From positions 5,600,001 to 5,664,000 of the forward strand of contig OZ245838.1 of assembly GCA_965228735.1 (NCBI GenBank): a stretch of 64,000 bases of DNA, in the 5' to 3' direction. Below are positions 27,323 through 36,584 of the stretch, in pieces. Position 1 is the first letter of the stretch. Each line of letters starts with the position of its first letter. The notes under the pieces are model-generated. The model was not told where the DNA came from. It did not search any database and saw only the letters and a program-made list of their open reading frames with translations. This stretch comes from Planctomycetota bacterium. Lineage in GTDB: Bacteria > Planctomycetota > UBA1135 > UBA2386. Made by a program: the position numbers and the translations under genes.

Positions 27323-28143
27323 GCGATCCGTGCCTTCCGCGGCATCGAGGAGCGCGCGCCATCGAGCTTGAAGTAGATGCGATCCCAGAACTCGCAGCGC
27401 AGCTCGAGCGCCTTGAGCATGCCGTTGCGCAGCTCGGCGAGGCCGCCCGGCTCCTTCGCCAGGTCCTTCGCGATCGCCAGCAGGTCCTGCTGGTGCTGAT
27501 CGTCGACGAGGCAGTGCAGCTCGAAGAACACGTAGTCCTCGCGGGCCAGCTCGCCGCACTGGCGAATGCCCTTCAGCAGCTGCTGGTAGACCGGCTTCAC
27601 GATGTGCTCGGTGCCGAGCCCGAGCGCGCCGACGGCTTCGGCGGGAGTCGCGGTGCTGAGGAACTCGAGGAACGAGCTGCGCCACTTCTTCGCCGCTTCC
27701 GTCGGTCGCGCCAGGGTCCGGTCCGTCACGCCGATCGCGTGGCAGAAGCGGCGGAAGAGCACGGGGTGCGGAATACCCATCACCGATTCCGGATCGATTC
27801 CGACCTCGCGCAGCTCCGCGCTCTCCTCCTCGTCGAGGTGACCCTTCTCCTCCTCGAGGTTCTTCAGCAGCAGCAGCCGGTGGTCCTTTCGATCCAGGCG
27901 ACGAATCACCATGCGGAGGTAGTTGGGGAACCACGCGGCGTAGCCGCTGTACTCGTGGGCGTACTGCTGGAGCACGCGAACCGGATCCATGAAGTCGACC
28001 TGGGCGAACGACTTCAGGTACGGATGATGAACGGCCGGGTGCTCGAGCGACTCGCGAACGAGGTCGTCGATCTGACGGTCGAGGTCGGCGGAACGGGCCG
28101 AGCGGGTCGTGGCTGCGGCGTTGAGGGGTTGCAGGCTGGTCAT
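27319..28143 (-). CDS. Heme-oxygenase-like diiron oxidase (iron-containing redox enzyme, CADD/PqqC-like fold)
   Basis: HP...HPY, NLEEEKG, PHPVLFRRF, GTE and FFELHCLVDDQH give a complete E/H/E/H/D/H diiron ligand set. Confidence 0.88.
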   Translation of the reverse strand: MTSLQPLNAAATTRSARSADLDRQIDDLVRESLEHPAVHHPYLKSFAQVDFMDPVRVLQQYAHEYSGYAAWFPNYLRMVIRRLDRKDHRLLLLKNLEEEKGHLDEEESAELREVGIDPESVMGIPHPVLFRRFCHAIGVTDRTLARPTEAAKKWRSSFLEFLSTATPAEAVGALGLGTEHIVKPVYQQLLKGIRQCGELAREDYVFFELHCLVDDQHQQDLLAIAKDLAKEPGGLAELRNGMLKALELRCEFWDRIYFKLDGARSSMPRKARIA

Positions 28144-28333
28144 TGCGCTTCGGATGCGTGACGTGTGCTGGTTGGGAGGGCGGATCGAGGACTCGACCCG
28201 CGTCACGAAGAGCTACGTTCCCCCCTTAAGAGCGGGGCTTCGTCACGCCCCGATCCGGAGCCGCAAGTCGCTTGCTGGAAACGGTCTGCACCAATCTCAG
28301 ACTTTTTCCGATATTCGAAGAGGTGGACCCCGA

Positions 28334-30922
28334 ATGGACCTCGAACAGACCCCTTCCGTGACTCCGACGGACCGTCCGCCACGGCGCGCCGCGCTCGTCG
28401 GCGCGGCCGGGCTCGCGGTCGCGTTCGCGGCGATGCTCGTGGGGATTACGGCGGTGCCTCCGGTGTCGCCGGATCTGGCGCCGGGGCCCGATGAGCCGGC
28501 GGGTCCGGACGCGGCCGCGATCGAGCGGTCTGCCGTGCCGGGGGCGGTGGACCGGGTTGCCGCGGACCGGAGTCCGGCACGGCGGGTGACCGGGCGGTGC
28601 GTGGCATGGACGTCCGGCGAACCCCTCTCCGGATGCGCCGTGACCCTGTCCGTCGAAGGGGCCGACGCCGAAGTCCATGCCGCCGCGGACGGGCGGTTCG
28701 AGTTCGTGCTGCGCCGCGATCTGGGCGTGTCCGTCAGGGCGGGCGCGGCGCTGCGGGTCGAAGTGCGACGCCACGATCGGGTCATGGTCGCCCGTACCGT
28801 CGAACTCACGGCCGGGTCCGTCGGCGCGGGGCAGCGGGATGCTGTCGTCGCGCTCGGCGACGTCCGGCTGCGCCGCGGCACGCGCGTGGTCGGCGCGGTC
28901 GTCGACGCGAACGGCGTGCCACGAGACGGCGCCCTCGTGCACCTGCGCGGGCGGTCCATCGACCGCGCCGATGGCTGGCAGGAACGTCGCAGCGGGCGGG
29001 CGCGCTCCGGGTTCGATGGCGCATTCGAACTGCCGGCGGCGCTGCCCGCGGGCACCGCCGTGGTCACGGTCACGAACGCGGCGCCGCTCGTCAGCGGGGT
29101 GACCCAGGCACTGCACGGCAGCGTGCACCACTGCGAACTCGTCGTCGCCGCGAGCCGGTCCGTCGATCAGATCGAGGGAGTCGTGTTCGACGCGGTCGGT
29201 GCACCGGTTCCGGACGCGATCGTCGTCGCGCGAACCGCGCGGCCGGGTGCGGCGGGCGGAGCGGCGAGCGCGACGTCGACGACGGACGGTGCGGGCCGAT
29301 TCCGTCTCGTTCGCCCCCCGCTCGCGGATGTCGAGGGGGCAGTGCAGCTCGAGGTGCTCGGGCGCGACGCTTCGCAGCACAGTCGCGACGAGGTGACGAC
29401 CCGCTGGGGCGACCACGACGCCGTCGTGCGCCTCGCCGCCGGCCGCGGGCCCGGCAACGCGCTGCGGGTCGTCGATGCCGAAACCGGGTCGCCGATCGCC
29501 AACTACCGCGTGCAATGCGTGCCGCTCACGGGGCTGCGTTCGGCCGGAGCCGGCGCGATGCGCGACGTCGCACCGGCCGCCGGACGGGCCGGCCGCGCCG
29601 GCGGGAGCGTGGGCGATGGTTGGACCTGGCTCGCGCCGGTGCGCCGCGGGCCCAACGCGGTGATCGTGTGGCCCGACGATCCGCGGTGGCTGCCGAACCT
29701 GCCCGTCGTCTTCGAACACGACGTCGCCGCGGGGCCGTGGGTCGTCGCGCTCGAGCGCGCCGAAGCGTGCCGGGTACGGGTGCTCGCCGGCGGCTTGCCG
29801 GTCACGGGGGCCGAACTCACGCTCGTGCGGCCGGCCTCCGGCGCCCGGCTCGATCGCACGCACCGCGACCTGCTCGCGCAGGGTGGGATCCGCGGCGCGG
29901 TCAACGTCGAGCTCGCGACGGCGACGACCGACGAGGACGGGCTGGCGACGCTGCGCTGGTTTCACGACGAGGCGGCGCTCGAACTGCGCGTGGCCGGTGC
30001 GGGCATCACAGCACACGCCGTCTCGGGTGTGCGGCTCGGGCCGCGAGTGCTCACCGTCACGGTCGAGCGCGCAGCTCGGCTCGAGGTCCGGCAGGCGACC
30101 GTTGCAGCAGTGCGAGCCGTGCGCGTCGTGCTGCGTCGGAGCGATGGTGCGCTGGCCGCGCCGGAGCCATGGCAGCGCGCGTGGCGCGTCGAGCCGGGCA
30201 AGGCCGCGACGTTCGCCGCGCCGGCGGGCGAGTTCGACGTGCACGTCGCGGTCCCGATGCGCGGTGACGATCGCCGGGACGGCGCGTTCCACGAGGTGCC
30301 GGTTCCCGTTGCCCGCGTCGATCTCGCGGCCGGGGCGACGCGGTCGTTGACGCTCGATCTCGACGAACTGTTGCGACCGGCCGAACTCGTCGGGACCGCG
30401 TTCGTCGACGGTGAACCTGCCGACCACGTCGTACTCATGGCCGGCGCGCCGGACGGTCACGGCCGCGTGCGCGCGCAGCGTTCGCTCGACGGCGGCACGG
30501 ATGAGCGCGGCTGGTATCGCTTCGAGGGCCTGCCCCCGGGCCACTACGCGATCGAGTTGCGGGTCCTGATCGGCGGCCGGCAGGTCGCGGTGCCGATCGA
30601 GCGCGGGGTGTGGCGGTGGCTTCCGGGTGGCCGGACGCACCGGCACGCGCCGATCGACGTGCGGACCGCAGCGGTGGACGCCGTGGTGCGGGACCGTGCG
30701 GGCGAGCCCGTGCGGCGGCAGTTCGTGGAGCTGCGTTCGGCGAGCGGCGTCGCGATCCTCGGTGAGCTCGATGGCAACGGCCGTCTGCAGCTCGCCGGCG
30801 TGCCCGTCGGTCGCTACCGCGCGCGATTGCGATCGCTCGACCCGGACGCCCCGATCGTGCCGCTCACCGAGCTGGTCGTGCCCACCCAACCCGGGGCCGC
30901 GCTCGAGCTGCGAGCACGCTGA
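28334..30922 (+). CDS. Membrane-anchored CarboxypepD_reg-like repeat protein
   Basis: N-terminal TM helix, linker and G.VVD..G.P / TD..G.F repeats. Paralogous to 6055..8727. Confidence 0.82.
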   Translation: MDLEQTPSVTPTDRPPRRAALVGAAGLAVAFAAMLVGITAVPPVSPDLAPGPDEPAGPDAAAIERSAVPGAVDRVAADRSPARRVTGRCVAWTSGEPLSGCAVTLSVEGADAEVHAAADGRFEFVLRRDLGVSVRAGAALRVEVRRHDRVMVARTVELTAGSVGAGQRDAVVALGDVRLRRGTRVVGAVVDANGVPRDGALVHLRGRSIDRADGWQERRSGRARSGFDGAFELPAALPAGTAVVTVTNAAPLVSGVTQALHGSVHHCELVVAASRSVDQIEGVVFDAVGAPVPDAIVVARTARPGAAGGAASATSTTDGAGRFRLVRPPLADVEGAVQLEVLGRDASQHSRDEVTTRWGDHDAVVRLAAGRGPGNALRVVDAETGSPIANYRVQCVPLTGLRSAGAGAMRDVAPAAGRAGRAGGSVGDGWTWLAPVRRGPNAVIVWPDDPRWLPNLPVVFEHDVAAGPWVVALERAEACRVRVLAGGLPVTGAELTLVRPASGARLDRTHRDLLAQGGIRGAVNVELATATTDEDGLATLRWFHDEAALELRVAGAGITAHAVSGVRLGPRVLTVTVERAARLEVRQATVAAVRAVRVVLRRSDGALAAPEPWQRAWRVEPGKAATFAAPAGEFDVHVAVPMRGDDRRDGAFHEVPVPVARVDLAAGATRSLTLDLDELLRPAELVGTAFVDGEPADHVVLMAGAPDGHGRVRAQRSLDGGTDERGWYRFEGLPPGHYAIELRVLIGGRQVAVPIERGVWRWLPGGRTHRHAPIDVRTAAVDAVVRDRAGEPVRRQFVELRSASGVAILGELDGNGRLQLAGVPVGRYRARLRSLDPDAPIVPLTELVVPTQPGAALELRAR

Positions 30923-31176
30923 AGACCGGCAGCGCTCTCCCGCCCGGGCGACTCGTCCGTCAGGGAGATTCCCGACCGGCTTGATCCCTGGTCGAAGAAT
31001 TCGACACCCGTGAGACAGCGGCGGACCGCCCCATGGGGTCGCGGGATCCGCACGCCGGTTCGTTGCCAGGGGCACCAGATCGAGCCTCGATCGGCCGGGT
31101 TCTCGGTCAACCGTTCGATATCGCAGCACATCGCGGGACGGGACCCGCGGGGAATCAGAACGGGAGACGAGTGCGC

Positions 31177-31533
31177 ATGGCGATCCAGACCTACCTGGCT
31201 ACGACGTTGGCTGCCGCGCTGCTGGTGGCAGCGCCGATCGATGACATGACGGGGGGGCCCGCGGGGAACCCGTCGATGGCGGTGAATCCGGACCCGCTGA
31301 CGGCCGGCGGTTCCGCGACGGTGACCTACTCGGACCCGAGCCAGGCGAACCAGTCGATCGTCGTCGACATCGATAACGGCATGCAGCGGGGCACGCAGAC
31401 ATCGACGCTAGTCATCGAACTCGATGAGCACGGTGAAGGCAGCGCAGTCTGGGAAGTGCCGACAACTTGGTTCCTGGCCAACTTCAACGCGCCCAACGTT
31501 GCGGAGATCGGTTGCATGATCTCGCACAACTAG
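31177..31533 (+). CDS. Small hypothetical secreted protein (Ig-like)
   Basis: RBS GGGAG, signal peptide and a beta-rich body (VNPDPL.AG..ATVTY). Confidence 0.72.
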   Translation: MAIQTYLATTLAAALLVAAPIDDMTGGPAGNPSMAVNPDPLTAGGSATVTYSDPSQANQSIVVDIDNGMQRGTQTSTLVIELDEHGEGSAVWEVPTTWFLANFNAPNVAEIGCMISHN

Positions 31534-31549
31534 ACGCCGGCTGCTTGGC

Positions 31550-32362
31550 CTATTCGCCGAGCAGCTGCGTGATGTTGTCGAGCGCGATTACCGCGTTGCC
31601 GCGGATCGCGTCGCTCGCGTCGTCGGTGCGCGAAGCGTGCAGCGCTTGCACGCCGTGGTGCATCTGAGCCGAGAGTTGGCGCAACGCATCGAGTCGCGAT
31701 TCGGCGTCCAGCGCCTGGTCGAGCACCAGATCGCCGAGATACGAGTGCATGTCGGGGAAGTCCGTCGGGCTGAACGGTGACGGGCTCGCGACTTCGACCC
31801 GCAGTTCGTCGAGCGCGCGCTGCGCGGCACGCCCCACGCGGTTCGCCTCTGGCGCGACGGTACGCAGCGCCAAGATCGAGCCGATCAGATCGCCAGTGAT
31901 CCGGCGTTGTGCCGTGTTCCGGTCTACCTCAGGACTATCGGCGTCCATGAGGATGTCGACGGCATCCTGATACGGCAGCGTGAACGTCGAGTAGCGAATA
32001 CCGACGTAGGTCGACACCGCGACCACCGTCACCGCCGAGGCGGCGAGGATGAACTTCGGCGCGATCATGAGCGCGGCTGCGGCCGCGACGGCACGCTGCG
32101 CGCGGACCCACCAGCGTGGCTGACCGGTCGGCGGCGTCGCGTTCTCGTTGTCCGTCTCTGCTGCGGTCGCGGCGAGTGCGGCCTGGACGAACTCTTCGAT
32201 CTGCGCGGCTGGCAGCGGTTCGTCGACGACGTCGTCGTCGGAGTCCTCGTCGAGCTGGGCGAGCATGCGCTCGACCTCGGCGAACTCCTCGGCTTCCGCG
32301 GCGACCGCGACGTCGTGGCGCTCGCGCAACCAGCTCCAGAACTCTTCGTCCTTCAGTTCCAT
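31550..32362 (-). CDS. Putative anti-sigma factor (acidic N-terminus, TM segment, helical domain)
   Basis: Overlaps the 3' end of the ECF gene and has a central hydrophobic segment. Confidence 0.7.
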   Translation of the reverse strand: MELKDEEFWSWLRERHDVAVAAEAEEFAEVERMLAQLDEDSDDDVVDEPLPAAQIEEFVQAALAATAAETDNENATPPTGQPRWWVRAQRAVAAAAALMIAPKFILAASAVTVVAVSTYVGIRYSTFTLPYQDAVDILMDADSPEVDRNTAQRRITGDLIGSILALRTVAPEANRVGRAAQRALDELRVEVASPSPFSPTDFPDMHSYLGDLVLDQALDAESRLDALRQLSAQMHHGVQALHASRTDDASDAIRGNAVIALDNITQLLGE

Positions 32363-33003
32363 GAGGGCTGTCCTGTGGTCTCTCCCGGTCCGATGCCCTG
32401 CTCGACGAGCAGGCCCTTCAGGGCCTTGCGCGCCATCGAGCGTGAGGCATAGATCGAGTTCTTGGTGGTCTTGAAGCGGTGCGCGAGTTCGCCGGCGTCG
32501 GCGACGTCGCCCGTGAGCAGGTCCGCTTCGATGATGTTGCGTTGCAGGCGCGGCAGCTTCTTGATGCAGTTCCGCAGCACCTCGAGGAACCGGCTCGGCG
32601 CCGGAGCCTCGTCCGTGTCGGGGTCGTCCGCCACCGCCGTGGCGGCCGCCGTGCCGAGCTCTTCGACCGCTTCGCCGCGGGTCTCCCAGCGCCGGCGTTT
32701 GCGGTCGCGCAGGATCTCCACGCCGGCGTTGCGCGCGATCACGTAGAACCAGGCCCGCAGCGAGCCCTTCGCAGGGTCGTACGAGTCGGCGGCATTCCAG
32801 GCCTTGTAGGTCGCTTTGCTCATTGCGTCGTCGAGTTCTGCTGCGTTGAGGGAGTCGCCGAAGCTACGGACGAGTCCGCCACGAACGCGGGCGCCATGCT
32901 TGGTCAGGAGTTGCTGCAACCCACCCGATTTCCGCTCCACGATGAGGCGGATGATCTCCGCGTCACCGGAGGGCGCGGGGGGGTTGCTGGTCGAGGGGGA
33001 CAT
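32353..33003 (-). CDS. ECF RNA polymerase sigma factor
   Basis: D.EII, DDAM..A..KAW....YDPAKGSLRAWFY.IARN, and region 4 L.RLQRNII.....ELA......S.ARK.L. Confidence 0.88.
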   Translation of the reverse strand: MSPSTSNPPAPSGDAEIIRLIVERKSGGLQQLLTKHGARVRGGLVRSFGDSLNAAELDDAMSKATYKAWNAADSYDPAKGSLRAWFYVIARNAGVEILRDRKRRRWETRGEAVEELGTAAATAVADDPDTDEAPAPSRFLEVLRNCIKKLPRLQRNIIEADLLTGDVADAGELAHRFKTTKNSIYASRSMARKALKGLLVEQGIGPGETTGQPSWN

Positions 33004-33237
33004 CGCGAAGACCGCCGTGGTCTTCTCCTGGAAGGGTTACGCGTGGGCCTTAACGAAGGATGCCACACGCGGCGCGCCCGGCTCGGAACGGGACCGAAAT
33101 GGCGCGTCGTAACCGCATTTTTGGCGGGGACTTACCCATGCCGTCGCCAGATCCGTTCCGGTTGCGGGAAATCCAGATCGCTCTCTTCAGCGTAAACCGC
33201 GCGGATGCCGATCCTGCGATTACGTGAGGTGCGCGCC

Positions 33238-33804
33238 ATGATGGGACACATCAACAATCTGGTCGTCGAGATGGTCCGCGAATCGCTCGGGGCGGACGCG
33301 GTCGAGAAGTTGTTCGCGGAGTCGGGGCTGGAGCACCGGCGCTTTCAGCCCGAGGTCATCTACCCCGAAGAGGATTTCCAGGCGCTGTTCGCCGGGGCCC
33401 AAGCGGTCTTCGGTGTCGATGCTGCCGCGGCGGAGGAGGCGTTCGCCGGCTACTTCATGAAGCGGTCGCCCGAGATGTTCCCCGCGATCTTCGAGCAGGC
33501 GGGCTCGGCGCGCGGACTCATCGAGAAGATCCCGACGATCCACCGGAACTTCCCGGCGTCGGCGTCACAGGGCGATTATCGCGACAAGGTGGAGATCACC
33601 GAGTCGACGCCAGAGCGGATCACGCTGCGCTACATGTCGCCGAACCAACTGTGCGCCACGCTGTGTCACGTCGGCGGCATCTGTCTCGACTTCTTCCATG
33701 AGAAGGGCAAGGTCTACCATCGCTGCTGCGCGAAAGAGGGCGCCGAGTACTGCGAGATCGTCGTCGAGTTCCACGGCAAGAAGGAGCCGGTGGCGTCCGA
33801 ATGA
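33238..33804 (+). CDS. H-NOX (heme NO-binding) domain protein
   Basis: M.G.I, YPEE.F, FAGYF, proximal His (IH), YxS motif and a C-x21-H-x2-C-x7-C zinc site. Confidence 0.88.
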   Translation: MMGHINNLVVEMVRESLGADAVEKLFAESGLEHRRFQPEVIYPEEDFQALFAGAQAVFGVDAAAAEEAFAGYFMKRSPEMFPAIFEQAGSARGLIEKIPTIHRNFPASASQGDYRDKVEITESTPERITLRYMSPNQLCATLCHVGGICLDFFHEKGKVYHRCCAKEGAEYCEIVVEFHGKKEPVASE

Positions 33805-34157
33805 CCCCTGAAGGTCAGGTTCACGGCAGCTCGCCCGCGTACTCGGAGGAGTTCGTGCGGGATCAGGTCCGTCACATCGAGGAGTGTCTGGCCCGTGCGT
33901 TGGCCGGAGACTTCGAGGCCGTCCGGCTGCCGGAGGGCGACACGATGTGGGGGAATCTCGCGATGCACGTCAACGTGGTCATCCACGCGACGCGCGCCGC
34001 ATTGACTCGAGCCGAACGGTTCGAGAAGGAGGCTGCCGCACTGCGGGCGGTATCGCAACCGGACGGAGCGGCCATGGCCGTGCGTTCGATTCGGCGGCCG
34101 GCGCGCGCTGCACGGCCCCAGGACCTCGTGGTGGACGATGAGCGAACGACCCGCTGA
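33801..34157 (+). CDS. Stand-alone soluble HAMP-like protein paralogous to the kinase N-terminus
   Basis: ATGA coupling to the H-NOX gene. IE..L...L.GDF.AV...MWGNLAMHVNVVI. Confidence 0.8.
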   Translation: MTPEGQVHGSSPAYSEEFVRDQVRHIEECLARALAGDFEAVRLPEGDTMWGNLAMHVNVVIHATRAALTRAERFEKEAAALRAVSQPDGAAMAVRSIRRPARAARPQDLVVDDERTTR

Positions 34158-35187
34158 TCCCACCGCCGAGCCGCAGACCGCAGGTTCGGACGTCGGGTAC
34201 ACGCACGATTCCGTGCGGAGCAACATCCGGCAGATCGAGTCCGGGCTCACGAAGGTCCTGTTCGGCGACTACACGGCCGTCGTCAGCCTGGACGACGCGA
34301 ATCCGATGTGGGGCAACCTCGCGATGCACGTGAACGTCGTGATCAACGCGGCGCGCAACGCGATCGCGCGGGCGGAGGCCTCCGAGCGCGAGGCCGCGCT
34401 CGCCCGCGATCGCGCGATCGCAGCGGCCGAGGCCGAATCCAAGTTCCTCACGAACGTCACGCACGAGCTGCGCACGCCGATGGCGTCGATCAAGGCATCG
34501 GCCGAGATCCTGCGCGACTACGGCAAGGGTGACGCCGCGGTGTTCGATGAGTTCCTCGACGTGATGCTCACCGACAGCGATCGCCTCACCCGGCTCATCG
34601 AGAACGTGCTGACCCTGGGCAAGCTGCAGACCGACGAGACGGAGTGGCAGGTCGCCGAGACGCAGCTCGCCGATCTCTGCACCGAGATCGTGGAGTCGAT
34701 GCGCCAGCCTGCGCTCGGGCTCGGACAACACGTTCACCTGACGGTCGGCACCGACCTGCCGCGCTCCTTCCTCGATGCGGAGAGCATCAAGCAGGTCCTC
34801 GTGAACCTGCTGAGCAACGCGATGAAGTTCGGGCCCTCCGAGGCCGTGATCGAGGTCGAGGTCGGCTACGACGCGGCGACCGATCAGCTCGTCGTCGCGG
34901 TGATCGACCGCGGCCCCGGCGTCGCGGAGGCGGAACGCGAGGTGATCTTCCAGCGCTTCGAGCAGGCGACCGAGGACATCCTCACGCAGAAGCCGAACGG
35001 GACGGGCCTCGGCCTCGCGATCGCGAAGGAGATCGTCGATCGCCACGGTGGCCACATCGGAGTCGAGTCGGCGGTCGAGCAGGGCTCCCGCTTCTGGTTC
35101 ACGCTGCCCGTGCTGCGCGAGGCCGCGGCGTTCGATCGCATCCGCGAAGCGACGCCGTCGGAACCAGCAGCGCCATCGGCGTCCTGA
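34138..35187 (+). CDS. Cytoplasmic HAMP-HisKA-HATPase sensor histidine kinase
   Basis: THELRTPM, QVLVNLLSNAMKF, DRGPGV and GTGLGLAI motifs. No TM helix. Confidence 0.93.
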   Translation: MSERPADPTAEPQTAGSDVGYTHDSVRSNIRQIESGLTKVLFGDYTAVVSLDDANPMWGNLAMHVNVVINAARNAIARAEASEREAALARDRAIAAAEAESKFLTNVTHELRTPMASIKASAEILRDYGKGDAAVFDEFLDVMLTDSDRLTRLIENVLTLGKLQTDETEWQVAETQLADLCTEIVESMRQPALGLGQHVHLTVGTDLPRSFLDAESIKQVLVNLLSNAMKFGPSEAVIEVEVGYDAATDQLVVAVIDRGPGVAEAEREVIFQRFEQATEDILTQKPNGTGLGLAIAKEIVDRHGGHIGVESAVEQGSRFWFTLPVLREAAAFDRIREATPSEPAAPSAS

Positions 35188-35253
35188 GTCGAAGCGATCG
35201 ACCGCCATCACCGGCATGTTCACGGTCATGGCGTCCGCCTCGATCGTTCGGCA

Positions 35254-35375
35254 CACCCGTACGGTACCTCACCCGTACGGTACCTGGTTCATGCTGCCGG
35301 CCGCGAGCCCGTTTCCTCGCGGGTGGCGCCTCGACGGCCGGCAGCATGAACCAGGTACCGTACGGCAAGGTACCG
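35254..35375. repeat. REP/MITE-like palindromic element
   Basis: Perfect 31-bp inverted repeat at 35273-35303 and 35335-35365, a tandem 16-bp CACCCGTACGGTACCT at 35254-35285, and outer arms CGGTACCT/AGGTACCG. Confidence 0.85.
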
Positions 35376-35785
35376 ACGAGAACTCGTGGGTGACGATCGA
35401 CGGCTATCGGATGCAATCGGTCGCCGGCGGCGGCCACTGGGGCGGCGGCATGTTCATCAGCAGCCGCGACCACGCCCGCTTCGGTCTCCTCATGCTGCGC
35501 GATGGGCGCTGGGGCGACCGGCAACTGCTGTCGCAGGAGTGGCTCGCGCGGGCCCGGACACCGACGCCTCAGCAACGAACCTACGGCTACATGAACTGGT
35601 TCCTCAACGCCGACGCCGACCACAAGCGGTTCGCGTCGGCGCCGGTCGGCGACGTCTTCTTCCTCGGAGCCGGGACCAACATGATCTGGCTCTGCCCGTC
35701 GCGCGACATGGTCGTCGTCGTGCGCTGGCTCGAGGGCCGGCACGTCGACGCGTTCATCGGCAAAGTGCTCAGCGCGTTCGCGTGA
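35369..35785 (+). pseudogene. 3' fragment of a serine hydrolase (beta-lactamase family)
   Basis: ENSWV.IDG..MQSV.GGGHWGGGMFIS.RD.ARFGLL.L..G.W, YGYMNW and GAG.N.I. There is no N-terminal SxxK, and the frame begins inside the repeat. Confidence 0.75.
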
Positions 35786-36527
35786 ACCGCGGCAGCGGCA
35801 GCAGCATCGGCACGCGGTCGCGGTAGTCGGTGTAGTCGCTGCCGTGGGCCGCGACGAGGCTGCGTTCTTCGATCTGCAGCGCGACGAGCGTGAACGTCGT
35901 GAACGTGAGGCCGAACACGAGACCGCCGTAGGTCATCGTGGGGATCGTCCAGAACGCGGTGAGGAAGCCGAGCATCAGCGGGTGCCGGACGAGGCTGTAG
36001 AGGCCTCGGGCCTTGAACGCGGGTGAGCGTGGCTCCTGACCGCGGAACGCCGCGAGCGTCTGCTTGACGCCGAACAGCTCGAAGTGGTCGATCTGGAACG
36101 ACGACAGCACGACGGTGAGCCAGCCGAGTGCGGAGACCGTCCACATGACCGTGGCCCACGGGCCGTCGATCTGCCAGACCACTTCCGGCAGCGGTCGCCA
36201 CTGCCAGTACATCAGCGCCAGCACGAGGCCGGTCACGATGACGAACGTGCTGCGCTCGATCGGCGCGGGAATGATGCGCGTCCACCGGCGCTTGAACCAG
36301 GCGCGCGCCATGATCCCGTGCTGAATGCCGAACACGAGGATCAGGCCGATGTTGGTCAGCACGGCTTCGAGCATCGGTGACTCGGGGCCACCGCGCGCCA
36401 CGGAGGTGGGCACGAAGACGTCGCTCGTGAAGCCGATGAGGTAGAGGAACGAGGCGTGGAACGCGGCGTAGGCCAGCAGGCCGTAGAACAGGTAGAAGTA
36501 GCGCATGATCGGATCTCGGTCGGACAT
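35769..36527 (-). CDS. mddA: Methanethiol S-methyltransferase (MddA/nurim family)
   Basis: FLYLIGF, F.IQH.IMAR..FK.RW...IP.PIERSTFV, WQWRP, I.HFELFG..Q and LYSLVRHPLMLGF..AFW..P.MT. Confidence 0.88.
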   Translation of the reverse strand: MSDRDPIMRYFYLFYGLLAYAAFHASFLYLIGFTSDVFVPTSVARGGPESPMLEAVLTNIGLILVFGIQHGIMARAWFKRRWTRIIPAPIERSTFVIVTGLVLALMYWQWRPLPEVVWQIDGPWATVMWTVSALGWLTVVLSSFQIDHFELFGVKQTLAAFRGQEPRSPAFKARGLYSLVRHPLMLGFLTAFWTIPTMTYGGLVFGLTFTTFTLVALQIEERSLVAAHGSDYTDYRDRVPMLLPLPRFTRTR

Positions 36528-36584
36528 CCGATTCGGCGCAGGTCAGCTGCGCGACCGGCCAACTCCCGGCCGGTTTTCACGCCG

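Noticed and set aside
28226..31129. Long antisense ORFs (also 6673-8754, 20969-22996, 22842-24704, 48911-51601, 56230-58854)
   Set aside because: These are shadow frames of real genes in high-GC DNA, Arg/Ala-rich and without motifs.
33801..35187. Frameshifted single kinase gene with two HAMP domains
   Set aside because: Each ORF has its own start and N-terminal leader, and I see no slippery site. Two genes is the simpler reading, though reads should be checked.
35254..35375. Possible CRISPR mini-array
   Set aside because: The repeats are inverted or abutting, with no spacers and no cas genes.
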